64,000 nucleotides of DNA from the NCBI RefSeq assembly GCF_018350175.1, contig NC_058368.1, positions 82,772,001 to 82,836,000 of the forward strand, written 5' to 3'. This document shows positions 37,373 to 48,548 of the stretch, piece by piece. The notes under the pieces were generated by a model. The model saw only the letters and a program-made list of their open reading frames with translations, did no database searches and was not told the DNA's origin. Within the stretch, counting starts at the first letter, position 1. Each line of letters starts with the position of its first letter. This stretch comes from Felis catus. Its lineage: Eukaryota. Made by a program: the position numbers and the translations under genes.

Positions 37373-40300
37373 CACCCTCCTCCCCCGCCCCCAATAAATA
37401 AACTTAAAAAAAATAATGTGAAGATACTCATAGCATTCAGGAAGTCTAATCCATTGTACTCATTTTTCTTTTTTGCTTTTATGGCGTCTTTGTGAGTAAC
37501 ATGAAGCCTCCCTTAAGAATCAGGAGTTCGTTGCCTACTGTGTGTGTAGAGTTGTCAGTACCTCCAGATGATGTGATTTTATAGTGATGGAATAGGAATT
37601 TCTCCAGGTACAATGTGTGCACATCTAAATTGTATTCGTTTATTTATTATAAATATTTTATTTTTAAGTAATCTCTGCACTCAACGTGGGGCTCAAATTT
37701 CCAACCCCCAAATCAAGAGTTGCACGCTATGCCTACTGAGCCAGCCTGATTACTTAAGGATTAAATTGAAGACATCATATTTTAGAGTTAAATACTACAT
37801 TACAATTTTTGTGTTTTAGCTAGAAGAACCACACCTCTTTTGGAATATATTAGAAATAGAAAATTAGAGAAGCAGGTAGGTTGACCTTTTTACCTGATAA
37901 ATATCCTTCCTGTCTCTGCCACATTTGTGCAGACAATTTATACACATGCTTTTCCACATCTTCAGAGGATTCGAGAAGAGAAGCGAGAAGAGCGAAGGAG
38001 GAGGGAGCTGGAGAAGAAGCGCTTACGGGAAGAAGAAAAGAGAAAAAAGAGAGACGAGGAGAGGTGTAAGAGAAAAGAAGCAGACAAACAGAAGAGAACA
38101 GCAGAGAGAGAAGTAAGGATTAAGGTAATCTTGAGGGGACCTCTCCTTTCGTTTTTCCAAAAGTAGTTCTGCTACAGGCATGCCTTTTAGGTGTTTAGCT
38201 CTTGCTACTTGTAAGGAAACTTTCAGTTAGCCTTGTCTCTTACTATTATAGTTCCATTTCTCTGCGATACAGCAGTGGTTCTCAAACTGTGTTCCCTGAG
38301 CCCTGAGGGTTCCTTGGGCATGCTGTGGGGGAGATGGAGAAGGACCACCCAGTGGAGCCCCACACTTACATGTCAGAGTTGGGGCTTCTGCTTACGTTTC
38401 CATCAGAGAGAAGACTTCCTGACTAAAACGTACATGTTTGGAAACCACTGGCCCCATGTGCACTGGCCTTTCTAGATGAGGGCTCACTCCTGGTGTTGGG
38501 TGTTACCATTTTCTTTGCAGGAGCAGCAATGTTTCTACTCTCTTGCCCAATTTCTCCTTTGACTGATGCATTCATCTGGAAGGGTGGCTTCATGCACAGA
38601 AGGAGGGCTTTCCAGTGTAAAATATGTTGCCCCAGTTTGAGCCAGCCCTTACTTCTTAGTCTTCTGCTCAGATGACCTTACTAACCCTAGACTTCAACCT
38701 AATGTGTACCTCCCCTCATTGCACAAAGTGTTTGAGATGCTTTATAGGGATTCATTAAAATTATATCAGAAAAAGAAAGAAAAGATCAGGACTTGGGGGA
38801 AGATAGAGTAGAAAGGGAAAGGATGGGGAAGAGATCATAGTCACCATAATTGAGCAATAGACTGGTTTCTGGTATGCTTGATCAGAAACAGTGTCATTAT
38901 CCATGAAGGAAAAACAGGCCAGTTCTTTAAGGAAGGCGAGGCTTTTTCTAGGCCTTTGCTTCTAAATCAGTTTCTCCTGTAGGTGGTCACATGGGGCTCA
39001 CTGGCTGAAGGGAACAATTTCTTCACAAAACTTGTACAAAAACACACAACCGTGTGTATCCTTGAGGCCTGGCTAGGTTTGCTGCAGGAACAGGTAGCCT
39101 CACACCAGTTCACACAAGGAGTCTGTTGGTGGCGAGCTGTGGCTGTCGGTCACCGCTTACCATTACTGCCCAAGACCCGGCGACCAAGGCTGCACATTGG
39201 CATTTGCTTCCACAGCCCTTATGACCAGGCAGGAACGTGTGATGCTGCAGGTCGTATGCCCATGTTTCTCTTCTGCCCACGTTTCACTGGCCAAAGCAAG
39301 TCACACGGCGGTACCTAACCTCAGGTTGGGGGCATGTTTAGGAAGCACCAGGAGGAGAACCAGAAGTATCTGATGAACAGCACTAAGGAGTAATTTCCAA
39401 AGACTGTTTCTTCAGGTGTCTCTCTTGAAGTTTAAAGGCAGTGCGGGGCGCCTGGGTGGCCCAGTCAGTTAAGCATCCAACTTCAGCTCAGGTCACGATC
39501 TCGCAGTCCGTGAGTTCGAGCCCCGCGTCAGGCTCTGGGCTAATGGCTCAGAGCCTGGAGCCTGCTTCTGATTCTGTGTCTCCCCCGTTCATGCTCTGTC
39601 TCTCTCTGTCCCAAAAATAAATAAACGTTAAAAAAAAATTTTTTTTTAAATAAAGGCAGTGTTGAAAACCTTATCTAGATGAAAGGTGTGGGGCAGGTCA
39701 TGTCCCTCGAGCACATTTGCTGCAAAGACAGCACCTGGATGGGCAAGATGAGTGGGGAACTGATTGTCCCACAGAAAGTATCTCCTAATCTGATAGCATT
39801 GATGAAATTGAGGAACCCAGCCAAGACTATCAAATAAACACGGTTCATTCCCCCCTCCGTCAGCAAGGACATAGCAAAACCAGGGTATTCCTCAGGAAAC
39901 AACTCTGAGGTCATGTTTTTCATTCGTCCTTGTAGTTTTAGTGAACACACAAGTCTCCCAACAAAATTGTAGCAGATAGACTTCCTGTAACAAACTTTTC
40001 ATCTCCAACAGCATAAATCAACAGCCCTGGAAAGGTAATCAATAAAATTAAACCTTAATATTACAGAGAAACCTTAAGCATTAATCCTGACAGAAATTCA
40101 GTTCTGTCATGGCCAGGCACCGAATAGATATACGTTTAATAGAAATTTTGTGGCCACCGATGTGGAAATATTATCTAACCTTCTCATTTATCTTTCTAAA
40201 CACGGAATCATAGCTAACCCAGTGCCTAATCTTTACACTCCAAAAGTACTTTTGTCAGTAGCGCTGAGAGTTTTTCAGGAATAATGACACTTGTAGCTTA

Positions 40301-41622
40301 TAATTTCACTTTTAATTTTAAGTAAGGCTTAAAGTATTTGGAATATAGCATTCATTTTACTTTTACATTTTAAATTATGGAATTAGGAGCGCCTGGGTGT
40401 CTCAGTCGGTTGAGCATCCGACTTTGGCACAGGTCATGATATCACAGTTCGTGAGTCTGAGCCCTGCCTCGGGCTCTGTGCTAATAGCTCGGAGCCTGGA
40501 GCCTGCTTCGGATTCTGTATCTCCCTCTCTATCTGCCCCTCCTCCGCTCACACTCTCTCTCTCTCTCTTTCTCTCTCAAAAATAAATAAGCATCAACAAA
40601 AAAATTTACAAAAAAAATAAATTATGGAATTAGAGTCCGAAATAAGTCAAAGAAATAAAAAACAGAATTATACCACTGAAAGTAAACATATGTTCCTTCC
40701 TGTAGAAAAAAATAAGTCAAAACATAAAGAAAGCAAGAGAAAGGGTTATTCTTGTTCAAATCTGGTAAAACAAAATCTTGGTGGCAGGTTAGACCACAAT
40801 GGCATAGGTAATCAACAGCCTGTGTCCTTAGGGGAGTGTCTGGTGTCTAGACCTGATTACACACAGCCATGCCCAAGGTTTGCCTTTAATGAGCATCTGT
40901 GCTCATTTTCAGGATTTCTGACTTAAGAATCATTTGGAGAGTTAAAATTCTTTTCTAACCTGAAAAATAAAATCAGTGAAGAAATGCTAAAAGAGTTTAT
41001 TAATATCATAAAAATACAGATGCAGAGAGATATCCTCAGGCTATTTTTAACATAAAGGAAACTGTGATACAAGGAAAGCAACCCAGCTGTTTTTATTTTC
41101 CTCTGAGGACTCTAAAACTAGGTGATGAGCTTAAGCTGAAGTAGGAAGTTAGAGATACAATACAAAGTTACAAATACAATTCCTGAGTACACAAATTGTG
41201 GACTATAGATGACATTAGTTGTGTGATCTTTTCTACAAAGCTTATTAAAAACCCAGGTGGACTGCGTGGAAGCACGCAAGACCTGGCCTCTGTTCCTCCT
41301 CCCCCTCCCTCTTCCCTCCCCCGCCTCCCTCTTCCCCTCTCCTTCCTCCTCCTTCCATCTTCCTCCTTCCTCTCCCCTCCCTCCCTCTTCCCTCCCCCAC
41401 CTTCCTGAATCTCCTGCCTCTCTGTCTCCTCCTCCCTCTGGTTTCACCTTAGGCCTCTGCTTGCTTCCTTCTACTGGGAGTTTCCCCCAAGACTTACAGT
41501 TTCTCTTAAGTGTCTCGTTCTCATTATCTGGTCTCTATTCATGTCTAACCTCCACAGAGAGTCCCTCCATGACCCCCTTGAGAACCCGTTCCTGCTCTTA
41601 CTCTCACCCCACATCTCTGGGG

Positions 41623-41662
<40 letters not shown>

Positions 41663-44600
41663 TTCTATTAGTTGTTTGTAGCATTTCACGCCATCTAAGA
41701 TTATCTGGTTCACTTTTTCTATTTTGTCACCACGTACACCGTTCTCCCCCTCCCCCCCATGGCCACCACTGCCTCAGCTAGAATGTACTGTGGATTCCTT
41801 CACCGTGGGCACTTGTCTCTTACTCACAAGTGCATTCCTAACACCTGACACAAGGACTTTTTCCCTAGTTCTGTCACATAGCTCCTAAAACCCTTGCAAC
41901 CCCCGGAGTGAGAAGAGCATCTTCTCTGTGCCAGTGAGGTGACAGGTGGCTGAGGCCTTGGTAGCTTCAGGATAAGAGCTGATTGTCAGAAAGACTGGGT
42001 GTGATTAGAGGGTTGGAACACTCAGCCAGCCCTGTGACCTCAAGAGATGGGAGAGGGCTGGAGATTGAATTCAGTCCCCAGCCACCAATGATTTAATCAT
42101 TTGTGGACATGTAGTGGAGCCTCCGTAGAGTTCCCTAAAGTATGGGGTCCAGAGAGCATCCAAGCTGGTGAACACATCAAGGTGCAGGAGGGTTCTGCTG
42201 ATGGAGAGGGCCTGGAGGCTCTGAGCCATTCCCCCGTACCTTGCACGGAACACCTCTTTGATCTAGCCATCCCTGCACTGTGTCCTTTGTAGTAATTCAG
42301 TGACCTAGTCTAGCCATCCCTGCACTGTGTCCTTTGTAATAATCCAGTGACCTAGTCTAGCTGTCCCTGCAGTGTCCTTTGTAATAATCCAGTGACCTGG
42401 TTCCTGCATTGTGTCCTTTGTAATAATCCAGTGACCTAGTGTAGCCGTCCCTGCACTGTGTCCTTTGTAGTAATCCAGTGACCTAGTTCCTGCACTGTGT
42501 CCTTTGTAGTAATTCAGTGACCTAGTCTAGCCGTCCCTGCACTGTGTCCTTTGTAATAATCCAGTGACCTAGTCTAGCTGTCCCTGCAGTGTCCTTTGTA
42601 ATAATCCAGTGACCTGGTTCCTGCATTGTGTCCTTTGTAATAATCCGGTGACCTAGTGTAGCCGTCCCTGCACTGTGTCCTTTGTAGTAATTCAGTGACC
42701 TAGTTCCTGCACTGTGTCCTTTGTATTAATTCAGTGACCTAGTCTAGCCATCCCTGCACTGTGTCCTTTGTAATAATCCAGTGACCTAGTTCCTGTGAAG
42801 TTTTGCTGAGTTCCACAAGTTGTTCTCATTCAAGAACCCCTGAATATATAGCCAGTCAGTCATAGGTGCTAGTGGCAACTTGGGACTTTTGACGGGCATC
42901 TGAAGTGGGAACAGTTTTGTGGGGTGTGACATTAATTGCAACTAGGTGGTGTCAAAACTGAAATGAATTGTAGGATACCAGTCCGTGTTGAGAGTTGGAG
43001 AAATGGTTTTGGAAAAGACACCACACATTTGGTTTCAGAAGTATTGCAAGTAAAAACGATTTGTAGGTGCACTAAATTATTCATTGGATGGATGGGCAGG
43101 AACATAAACTGTTGTACTTCCCTGTGGTTTACTTCTAGGACCAGCATGTAATGCTTTTTTAGTTAAAAATGTGTCAATAGATATGTGAAAGAAAATGTGT
43201 CAATTCATAGAGCCCACAGACAGGAGAAGACTGTGTAAGGTACTGCAACTTCAGTGCTTAGCCTCACATTTTACCTGTTTTATTCTTAAATGAACTCATG
43301 TAGTTGAAACTTATCTGTGTGTCATTTTGCTGTAGTGCAATTTAAAATACGTTCACTCTTTCAAGTTAGAAAAAAATTCTCAGAAGTGTACCTTCTGTTT
43401 TTGTTTATAAGCTGACTTGCCTGTGGCAGTTGAATTTCAAAGAGTAAACTACACAGAGAACAGCGAGGAGGGCCCAAATTCCACGACATCCGCCTGCTCA
43501 GGCTGATTCAAGAAAGAGTAGGAAGTGTTCTGAAAAGTCTAAACTATTCTAAAAGTCATCAGTATAATGCAGCATTTTAAACAATGCTTTTTTTTCCTCG
43601 TTACAAAAGCAATACTTGTTAATTTTGGAAAAAAACAGAACTTGTTGATACAAGAAAAGAAGATCATTTCAGTCCCACCACCTGGACACCGCTGTTAACA
43701 GCGTTGCCAGCCTTACAGCTGTTGTTGTGTGTGTGTAAACATAGAGACCAGGTCGTTCAGTTCTGTAGCATTCTTTTGTTGTGTCAGCATGCGTGTCTTC
43801 TCACATCAGCCGTCCTAAATCGTTGTTCATAACGATGGTATTTCGTTGACTGACTGTTCCCGTATTTAACCAAAAACCTGGTTGCTGCACCTTTAGCTTA
43901 CATTTTTTGCTATTCAAACACTTGTGCTCAATGTTGCTTTATGTTTTTAATTTTTTTTTAAAACAGCTTCGTTTATACCATATTCTAAAAGTGATATTTT
44001 ACTGACATTATAATTTCTTAGCTTCTTAAGAAACCAGAAAAGGGAGAGGAACCAACCACTGAGAAGCCAAAAGAAAGAGGAGAGGAAATGGATACTAGAG
44101 ATGGAGAACAGGAGTCCTGTCCTGGCTGTGCTGTCCGGAAGCCCATGCCCTTGGGGAACTCGCTGGAGGAGCCCAGGGAAAAGTGAGCCTGTGACTGTCA
44201 CTGTGTCAGAGTCGTATGTGTCCTTTATCGTATTTCAAACTGTGGAATCAGGTTTTACCAAGATAATGCTTGCCCACAGCCTTATTTCTTCTGGGTCACG
44301 CTAGGGGCTTGGTAAATGCATTTCGTCTGCAGCCTCAAGTCTGTCTTCAAAGCAGGAACATGTCCTGCTTCCAGTTCCTTAGCCGTTCCTGTCCTTGCTC
44401 CCTTTGGATTCCTGTTATCACTCTTTAGGTCTTCAGGATCTCCTTCCCAGTCTTGTCCAAGTGCTAGGATTCCTGTGTGGGTGTTACCATCCCTGTGGCC
44501 CTCCCGTGGAATCTGACCAGCAGCTGTGTGGATCCCAGTATTGCGCTAGCCCTGCCTGTCTCAGGCTAGGGGTCCTTGGGGCTTGTACTTCTCTGCGTGC

Positions 44601-47600
44601 TTGTGACATGCAGCTCACGAAAGGAGCTTGAGCAGGGCTTGTGTGGAATGGGACAGACACTGTCTTTGCATGGGGGCCAGAGAGACCCGCCAGAACCTTG
44701 TCAGGTAGGAGCCCCTCCCTCTCGCCCCTGAGCCTCCTCAGGGTTTGGTCACCTCCCCACAGTCAGTGGGGCCACGTGTGTCTGGGCTTCTTGTTCCCCT
44801 GGCCCAGGGCTCCTGCTTGTGCACTGCATCTGGACACCCATGGAGCTTCCTGGATCCCAGGGCTGCTCTGCTTCCAAGGGGTCCAGAAGTGAATTTGCAC
44901 TTGGATGTGAGATGGCAGGGTTGTGGGGTTAGGCTGCCATTTGCCCAGAAACATACCAGTCACAATGAATTCTTACTGTCTTTCTTATACAAAGAGTTGT
45001 GATAAAAAAAAAAATTTTTCCCTCTTTTTGGGGATTCCAGTTTATTGCTCAGTTTATGAAATTAATTTATGCATGATTATTAAATCTGTGATCTGTTAGG
45101 ACTGTAGTTTCTGTTATATGTGCTTGTATTATTATCGCTTATGATATAGCAGTGCCTTTCGTCATGTTTCTGGCATGAATTCTCACTTTGCTTATAGATC
45201 TTTTTCTCCCCAGCAGTCCTGCTGCTTCTGTTTTGTGGGAAGTCAAAAATAGTGTGTGAGGACTTTTGCCTGTTGGTTGTGGACTTTAAGAAGCAAAGGA
45301 GGGGCGCCTGGGTGGCGCAGTCGGTTAAGCGTCCGACTTCAGCCAGGTCATGATCTCGCGGTCTGTGAGTTCGAGCCCCGCGTCAGGCTCTGGGCTGATG
45401 GCTTGGAGCCTGGAGCCTGTTTCCGATTCTGTGTCTCCCTCTCTCTCTGCCCCTCCCCCGTTCATGCTCTGTCTCTCTCTGTCCCAAAAGTAAATAAAAA
45501 ACGTTGAAAAAAAAATTAAAAAAAAAAAAAGCAAAGGAGCTAAGGAGCCACTTATTTATTTACTATTCATTTAAGAGTTTGATATATGTATAAAATTAGT
45601 AAATTTCAATTAATTGTAGCTACGCTTGAAGCAGAAACAAGGCTGTCAGTATCAGCTCTGTGTCATGATGAATGTGTACCTGGGGCCCTAGGAAAGTCAC
45701 TTGACCACTTTGGTCTCCGGTACTCTATCTGTAAAGGGGATTGTTAGTCTACTTTGGGGGGTTACTAAGAGTTAGAAAAGTAAGTATACATGGTTCCTTA
45801 CCACAGTGCCTATTCCTACGTGTCATTCAAGTTTAACAGTAGATACTGTCGTTACCATTGTCAGTTCATCTTTTAGCAGTTTTTTATTGAATGCCTATTA
45901 CGTGCCCACTTGGCAGCGTGGTGATGTGCAGACTGAGGTATTCCCTGCCTCTTCTGGAACTTGCGGTATGGACGGGCAGACAGGTTCTCATCAAGCAGTA
46001 TGCCTGAGGTGACTGATAATTTGAATTGAATCACAGGTCACAGAATGAGAGCAATGAAGAGCAAAGGGAGTTGGACCGAAGATTCAGAGAAAAAGACCCT
46101 GAAACACAAAGATGCCACTTGGATGACAGTAGAAAGCAGAGAGCTCACTGTGAGTTTGACACGTTTTCGCGGAGAAATGAGGAGGAGCTGAGATGGGGGA
46201 AAGGAGGCCCCCCCGACAGAGGGAAGAAGGGGAGCCAGGACAGTGGCAACGCTGTGGAGGCAGCAGAGCGGCCCGGGAAAGAGCAGAGGAGTGAAGGTGG
46301 CCCAGCAGCCAAAACGGAGCGCCCAGGAAATAAGGTTCTTCTGCTTGTTTGGGATCATCTTTCATTCATCAGCCGTAAAAGCACAAACAGCACATCTGCG
46401 GCTTTATGCCTGCTTTATCAGACGGAAGTTGTTTTAGTTAGCCCAAAGAGAGAAATCTGTGTAGGTGTCGGGGACTTAGGGTCACGCACTCTGCCAGTGG
46501 GAAGTCTGCCCCCACTGGGTCCTGTGCTCTTAGGGAGTGCACTGCCCTGACAGTTTGCATTTCATGACGCTTCAGGGAGCTTTCTTTTACGTGATTAACA
46601 ATGTAGTGATTATTAGTAGATAGTCAAATGGCTCATAGATACTCATCAGTTAGGTGTGCACAGTCGACACAGGATTGGAGTGGCCTACTTAGACCAACAA
46701 ACGGCTTTTCTTTCTTTTTTCTTTTTTTTTTCCCCATAAGTTTGAGGTTAACTTTTACTCAGATCACATTGTTGTAGAGAAGCACTATTAATGGGGTCCC
46801 CTCCCTATAGGGCCAGGCCCCGTGGTGCCAGTGAGTCCCCCACAGCCTGGCCGCCCAGTGTCCAAGGGGAACACCCTCGTCCCACCCCATTCCCAACCTC
46901 GACAGGGACACTGTCTGCTGTCTGCATGGTTTTGTCATTGCTATATAAGTGCTATGTAAGTGGAAGCATACAGTGTGTGACCTGAGACTGTTTTTCTCAC
47001 TCAGATCTGCCTTCTCTTCCAGTCACCCAGGGTGTTGCTGGTATTAGTGATGTTGATTTTTAAAATGTTTCCAGGGCAGGCAAAACCACAGGCAAGAGGA
47101 GAGCCTTCTTCACCCCTGGCTAATCACATCTGTGTCACCCAGGAGTTTCTCTAGTTTCCTTAATCTCAGGTACACCAGAACAGCCATGGGTCTTTTTGGT
47201 GGGAGGTGTTTATACGAACACTTGTTTTCAGCTCCCTTTTTTTGTAGCAGCAGTGAGCACAGCTTTAGGCGTTGGGAGTCCTCTCCATGAACTCTGTGAT
47301 GCTGTGGTGGAAATGAGGCGCCTTGTGCACAATGGCTCCTCCTTACGAGGCCTGGCAGGTTACGATGTTCTTTCAGTATCAGTGTTGACCCCCATCTGTG
47401 CACACCAGTGCTGCCCTGGTGAGAGCAGGACCATGTGTGTTGGCCCGGGCAGGAGGTGGCATGTGAACCCTGTCCTTCTGTCTGCACCCATGGGGCCTGC
47501 CGAGGCCTTTGCCACTCTCCTCCCTGGCCAGGCTTCCACCGGGGAAAAGGGCTGCTAAGTGCCCTGGCAGTGACTGTGGGGCCCTGCAGAAACACCTCCC

Positions 47601-48190
47601 CAGATATGCCCACCCAAGATGCCCTGTCCTTGGGCCCCCAGGTGGCCACGGAAGGAGTGTAGGAGGCTTCCTTGAGGGGCTGGAAGCTACCCTGAGCTGG
47701 GGTTTGGTTGTTCCTCCTCTCCGTCAGAGCAGAGCTACCTGGCTTCTGCTGTTCTGTCCTTCCCTGGCCTCACTGTGCTGATATCTGGAAGCAGTTCCGT
47801 AGTGTCTTACTCACGTTGCTCAACCATCATTGCGTTTCTCCACCTCTAAGACTTGAATCAGATGATGGGTTGGTGTTTCCTATGAAGGGGCAGTTCAGGA
47901 ATAACCCACATAGAAATCACTCATTACAGACATCAGTAATTATTTAGTTCATGGCCCTAAAAAGCCGCCTCTGAGGGGCCATGCCTTGCTTTGTCTCAGG
48001 CCACATGTTCACCCTGCCTGGTAATTTAGAGGGGCTGAAATGTGTAAGTCTTCACCTCTGCCTGGGAGGGCAGACGCCGTGGTTCTGCTGGTTCCAGGGA
48101 GATCTGGGTTTGCACAGTAACCTTTTCCCAGATACTAATTTTTACCTTTTTTGAAGTTATTTTAAATATTAACTGTCTTTCTGTTCATGG

Positions 48191-48231
<41 letters not shown>

Positions 48232-48548
48232 CTTCAAAGTGCCTGGTTTCTGAGATGAGATAGTGCTGTGAAAAAGGCAGATGTTTAGCTGATTTTTTTT
48301 AGGTAATTAGAGTTATCAGACCCTGGAAGTAGAGAAGTTGCTCCCTCCTGTGTTGCTGGCCTTTGGAAGGGTAACCCACTGCTCTGTCCTGGCAGGATCG
48401 GCCGGCCTTGCAGCTGTACCAGCCAAGAGTTCGCATCCGAGCACGAGAAGGTGGTAGGGGGACCTCTGTGGAGTGCCCTGGCAGGAACAAGGACGAGGCT
48501 GAAGATTCAGCACAGGGGGGTTCCCAGAAGAGTGAAGAGGCAGGGTGA
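27290..48548 (+). CDS. UPF3A: UPF3A, regulator of nonsense-mediated decay; complete 10-exon CDS of 485 aa
   Basis: Exons 27290-27496, 28502-28608, 30166-30272, 33520-33618, 33743-33853, 37820-37875, 37966-38124, 44022-44182, 46037-46334 and 48396-48548 join in frame with GT-AG sites. The N-terminus MRSEKEGAGG, the RRM-like domain, the NKDRPALQLY EJC-binding motif and the position next to CDC16 indicate UPF3A rather than UPF3B. Confidence 0.97.
28502..28608 (+). CDS. UPF3A: UPF3A exon 2 (107 bp), VVIRRLPPSLTKEQLEEQLHPLPAHDYFEFFTADF
   Basis: tctacag|GTGGTC ... TTCAG|gtgaga. Confidence 0.96.
28986..29199 (-). mobile_element. Young felid-type CanSINE in UPF3A intron 2
   Basis: Near-consensus; TSD CAGATCTT. 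Confidence 0.95.
30166..30272 (+). CDS. UPF3A: UPF3A exon 3 (107 bp), LYPHLYSRAYINFRNPDDILLFRDRFDGYIFIDSK
   Basis: tttcag|TCTTTAT ... AAAG|gttcga. Confidence 0.96.
32000..32024 (+). pseudogene. U6 snRNA 5' fragment (tailless retropseudogene)
   Basis: GTGCTTGCTTTGGCAGCACATATAC is U6 nt 1-25 with two CpG>TpG changes, flanked by 18-bp direct repeats GTATTCTGTTGATGTTTC (31981-31998 and 32026-32043). Confidence 0.88.
32342..32601 (-). mobile_element. CanSINE with (GA)n/(GAGAAT)n expansion
   Basis: Reverse-complement body. Confidence 0.88.
33520..33618 (+). CDS. UPF3A: UPF3A exon 4 (99 bp, symmetric phase), LEYPAVVEFAPFQKIAKKKLKKKDAKTGSIED
   Basis: aatacag|GCCTAG ... GATG|gtgagt; corresponds to the exon skipped in the known short UPF3A isoform. 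Confidence 0.96.
33743..33853 (+). CDS. UPF3A: UPF3A exon 5 (111 bp), PEYKKFLETYCVEEEKTNANPETLLGDMEAKTRELI
   Basis: tttacag|ATCCGG ... ATTG|gtctgt. Confidence 0.96.
37201..37415 (+). mobile_element. CanSINE
   Basis: TSD-like AATG.GAAGATACT. Confidence 0.9.
37820..37875 (+). CDS. UPF3A: UPF3A exon 6 (56 bp), RRTTPLLEYIRNRKLEKQ
   Basis: gttttag|CTAGAAG ... AAGCAG|gtaggt. Confidence 0.95.
37966..38124 (+). CDS. UPF3A: UPF3A exon 7 (159 bp), charged helical segment RIREEKREERRRRELEKK...EVRIK
   Basis: cttcag|AGGATT ... ATTAAG|gtaatc. Confidence 0.96.
39445..39653 (+). mobile_element. CanSINE with internal deletion of the CT tract, UPF3A intron 7
   Basis: TSD TAAAGGCAGTG. Confidence 0.93.
40386..40620 (+). 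mobile_element. CanSINE
   Basis: TSD TAAATTATGGAATTAG. Confidence 0.92.
41293..41440. repeat. Polypyrimidine/polypurine low-complexity (CCT/CCCT) tract
   Basis: About 150 bp, almost only C/T on the + strand. Confidence 0.9.
41624..41655. repeat. (TG)n microsatellite
   Basis: Read directly from the sequence. Confidence 0.95.
41850..43065 (+). mobile_element. MER21-like LTR hosting the minisatellite
   Basis: agctcctaaaacccttg..., gattagagggttggaac, gggctggagattgaattc, ccaatgatttaatc resemble MER21-family LTRs as recalled; boundaries approximate. Confidence 0.65.
42262..42795. repeat. Minisatellite of 12 units (39/45/47 bp) with a 217-bp higher-order period
   Basis: Core CCTGCACTGTGTCCTTTGTA(A/G)TAAT(C/T)CAGTGACCTAG; unit lengths 47,47,45,39,47,39,47,45,39,47,39,47. 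Confidence 0.97.
44022..44182 (+). CDS. UPF3A: UPF3A exon 8 (161 bp), LLKKPEKGEEPTTEKPKERGEEMD...LEEPRE
   Basis: ttcttag|CTTCTT ... GGAAAA|gtgagc. Confidence 0.94.
45301..45530 (+). mobile_element. Young felid-type CanSINE in UPF3A intron 8
   Basis: Near-consensus; TSD AAGCAAAGGA. Confidence 0.95.
46037..46334 (+). CDS. UPF3A: UPF3A exon 9 (298 bp), SQNESNEEQRELD...RWGKGGPPDRGKKGSQDSG...ERPGNK
   Basis: atcacag|GTCACAG ... AATAAG|gttctt; lies within ORF 46026-46550. Confidence 0.93.
48396..48548 (+). CDS. UPF3A: UPF3A exon 10 (coding part), DRPALQLYQPRVRIR...KSEEAG*
   Basis: cctggcag|GATCGG; TGA at 48546-48548. Confidence 0.94.
   Translation, partial: DRPALQLYQPRVRIRAREGGRGTSVECPGRNKDEAEDSAQGGSQKSEEAG

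Noticed and set aside
42262..42795. Regularly spaced repeats superficially like a CRISPR array
   Set aside because: Units are contiguous with no unique spacers, there are no cas genes, and the context is mammalian; it is a minisatellite.
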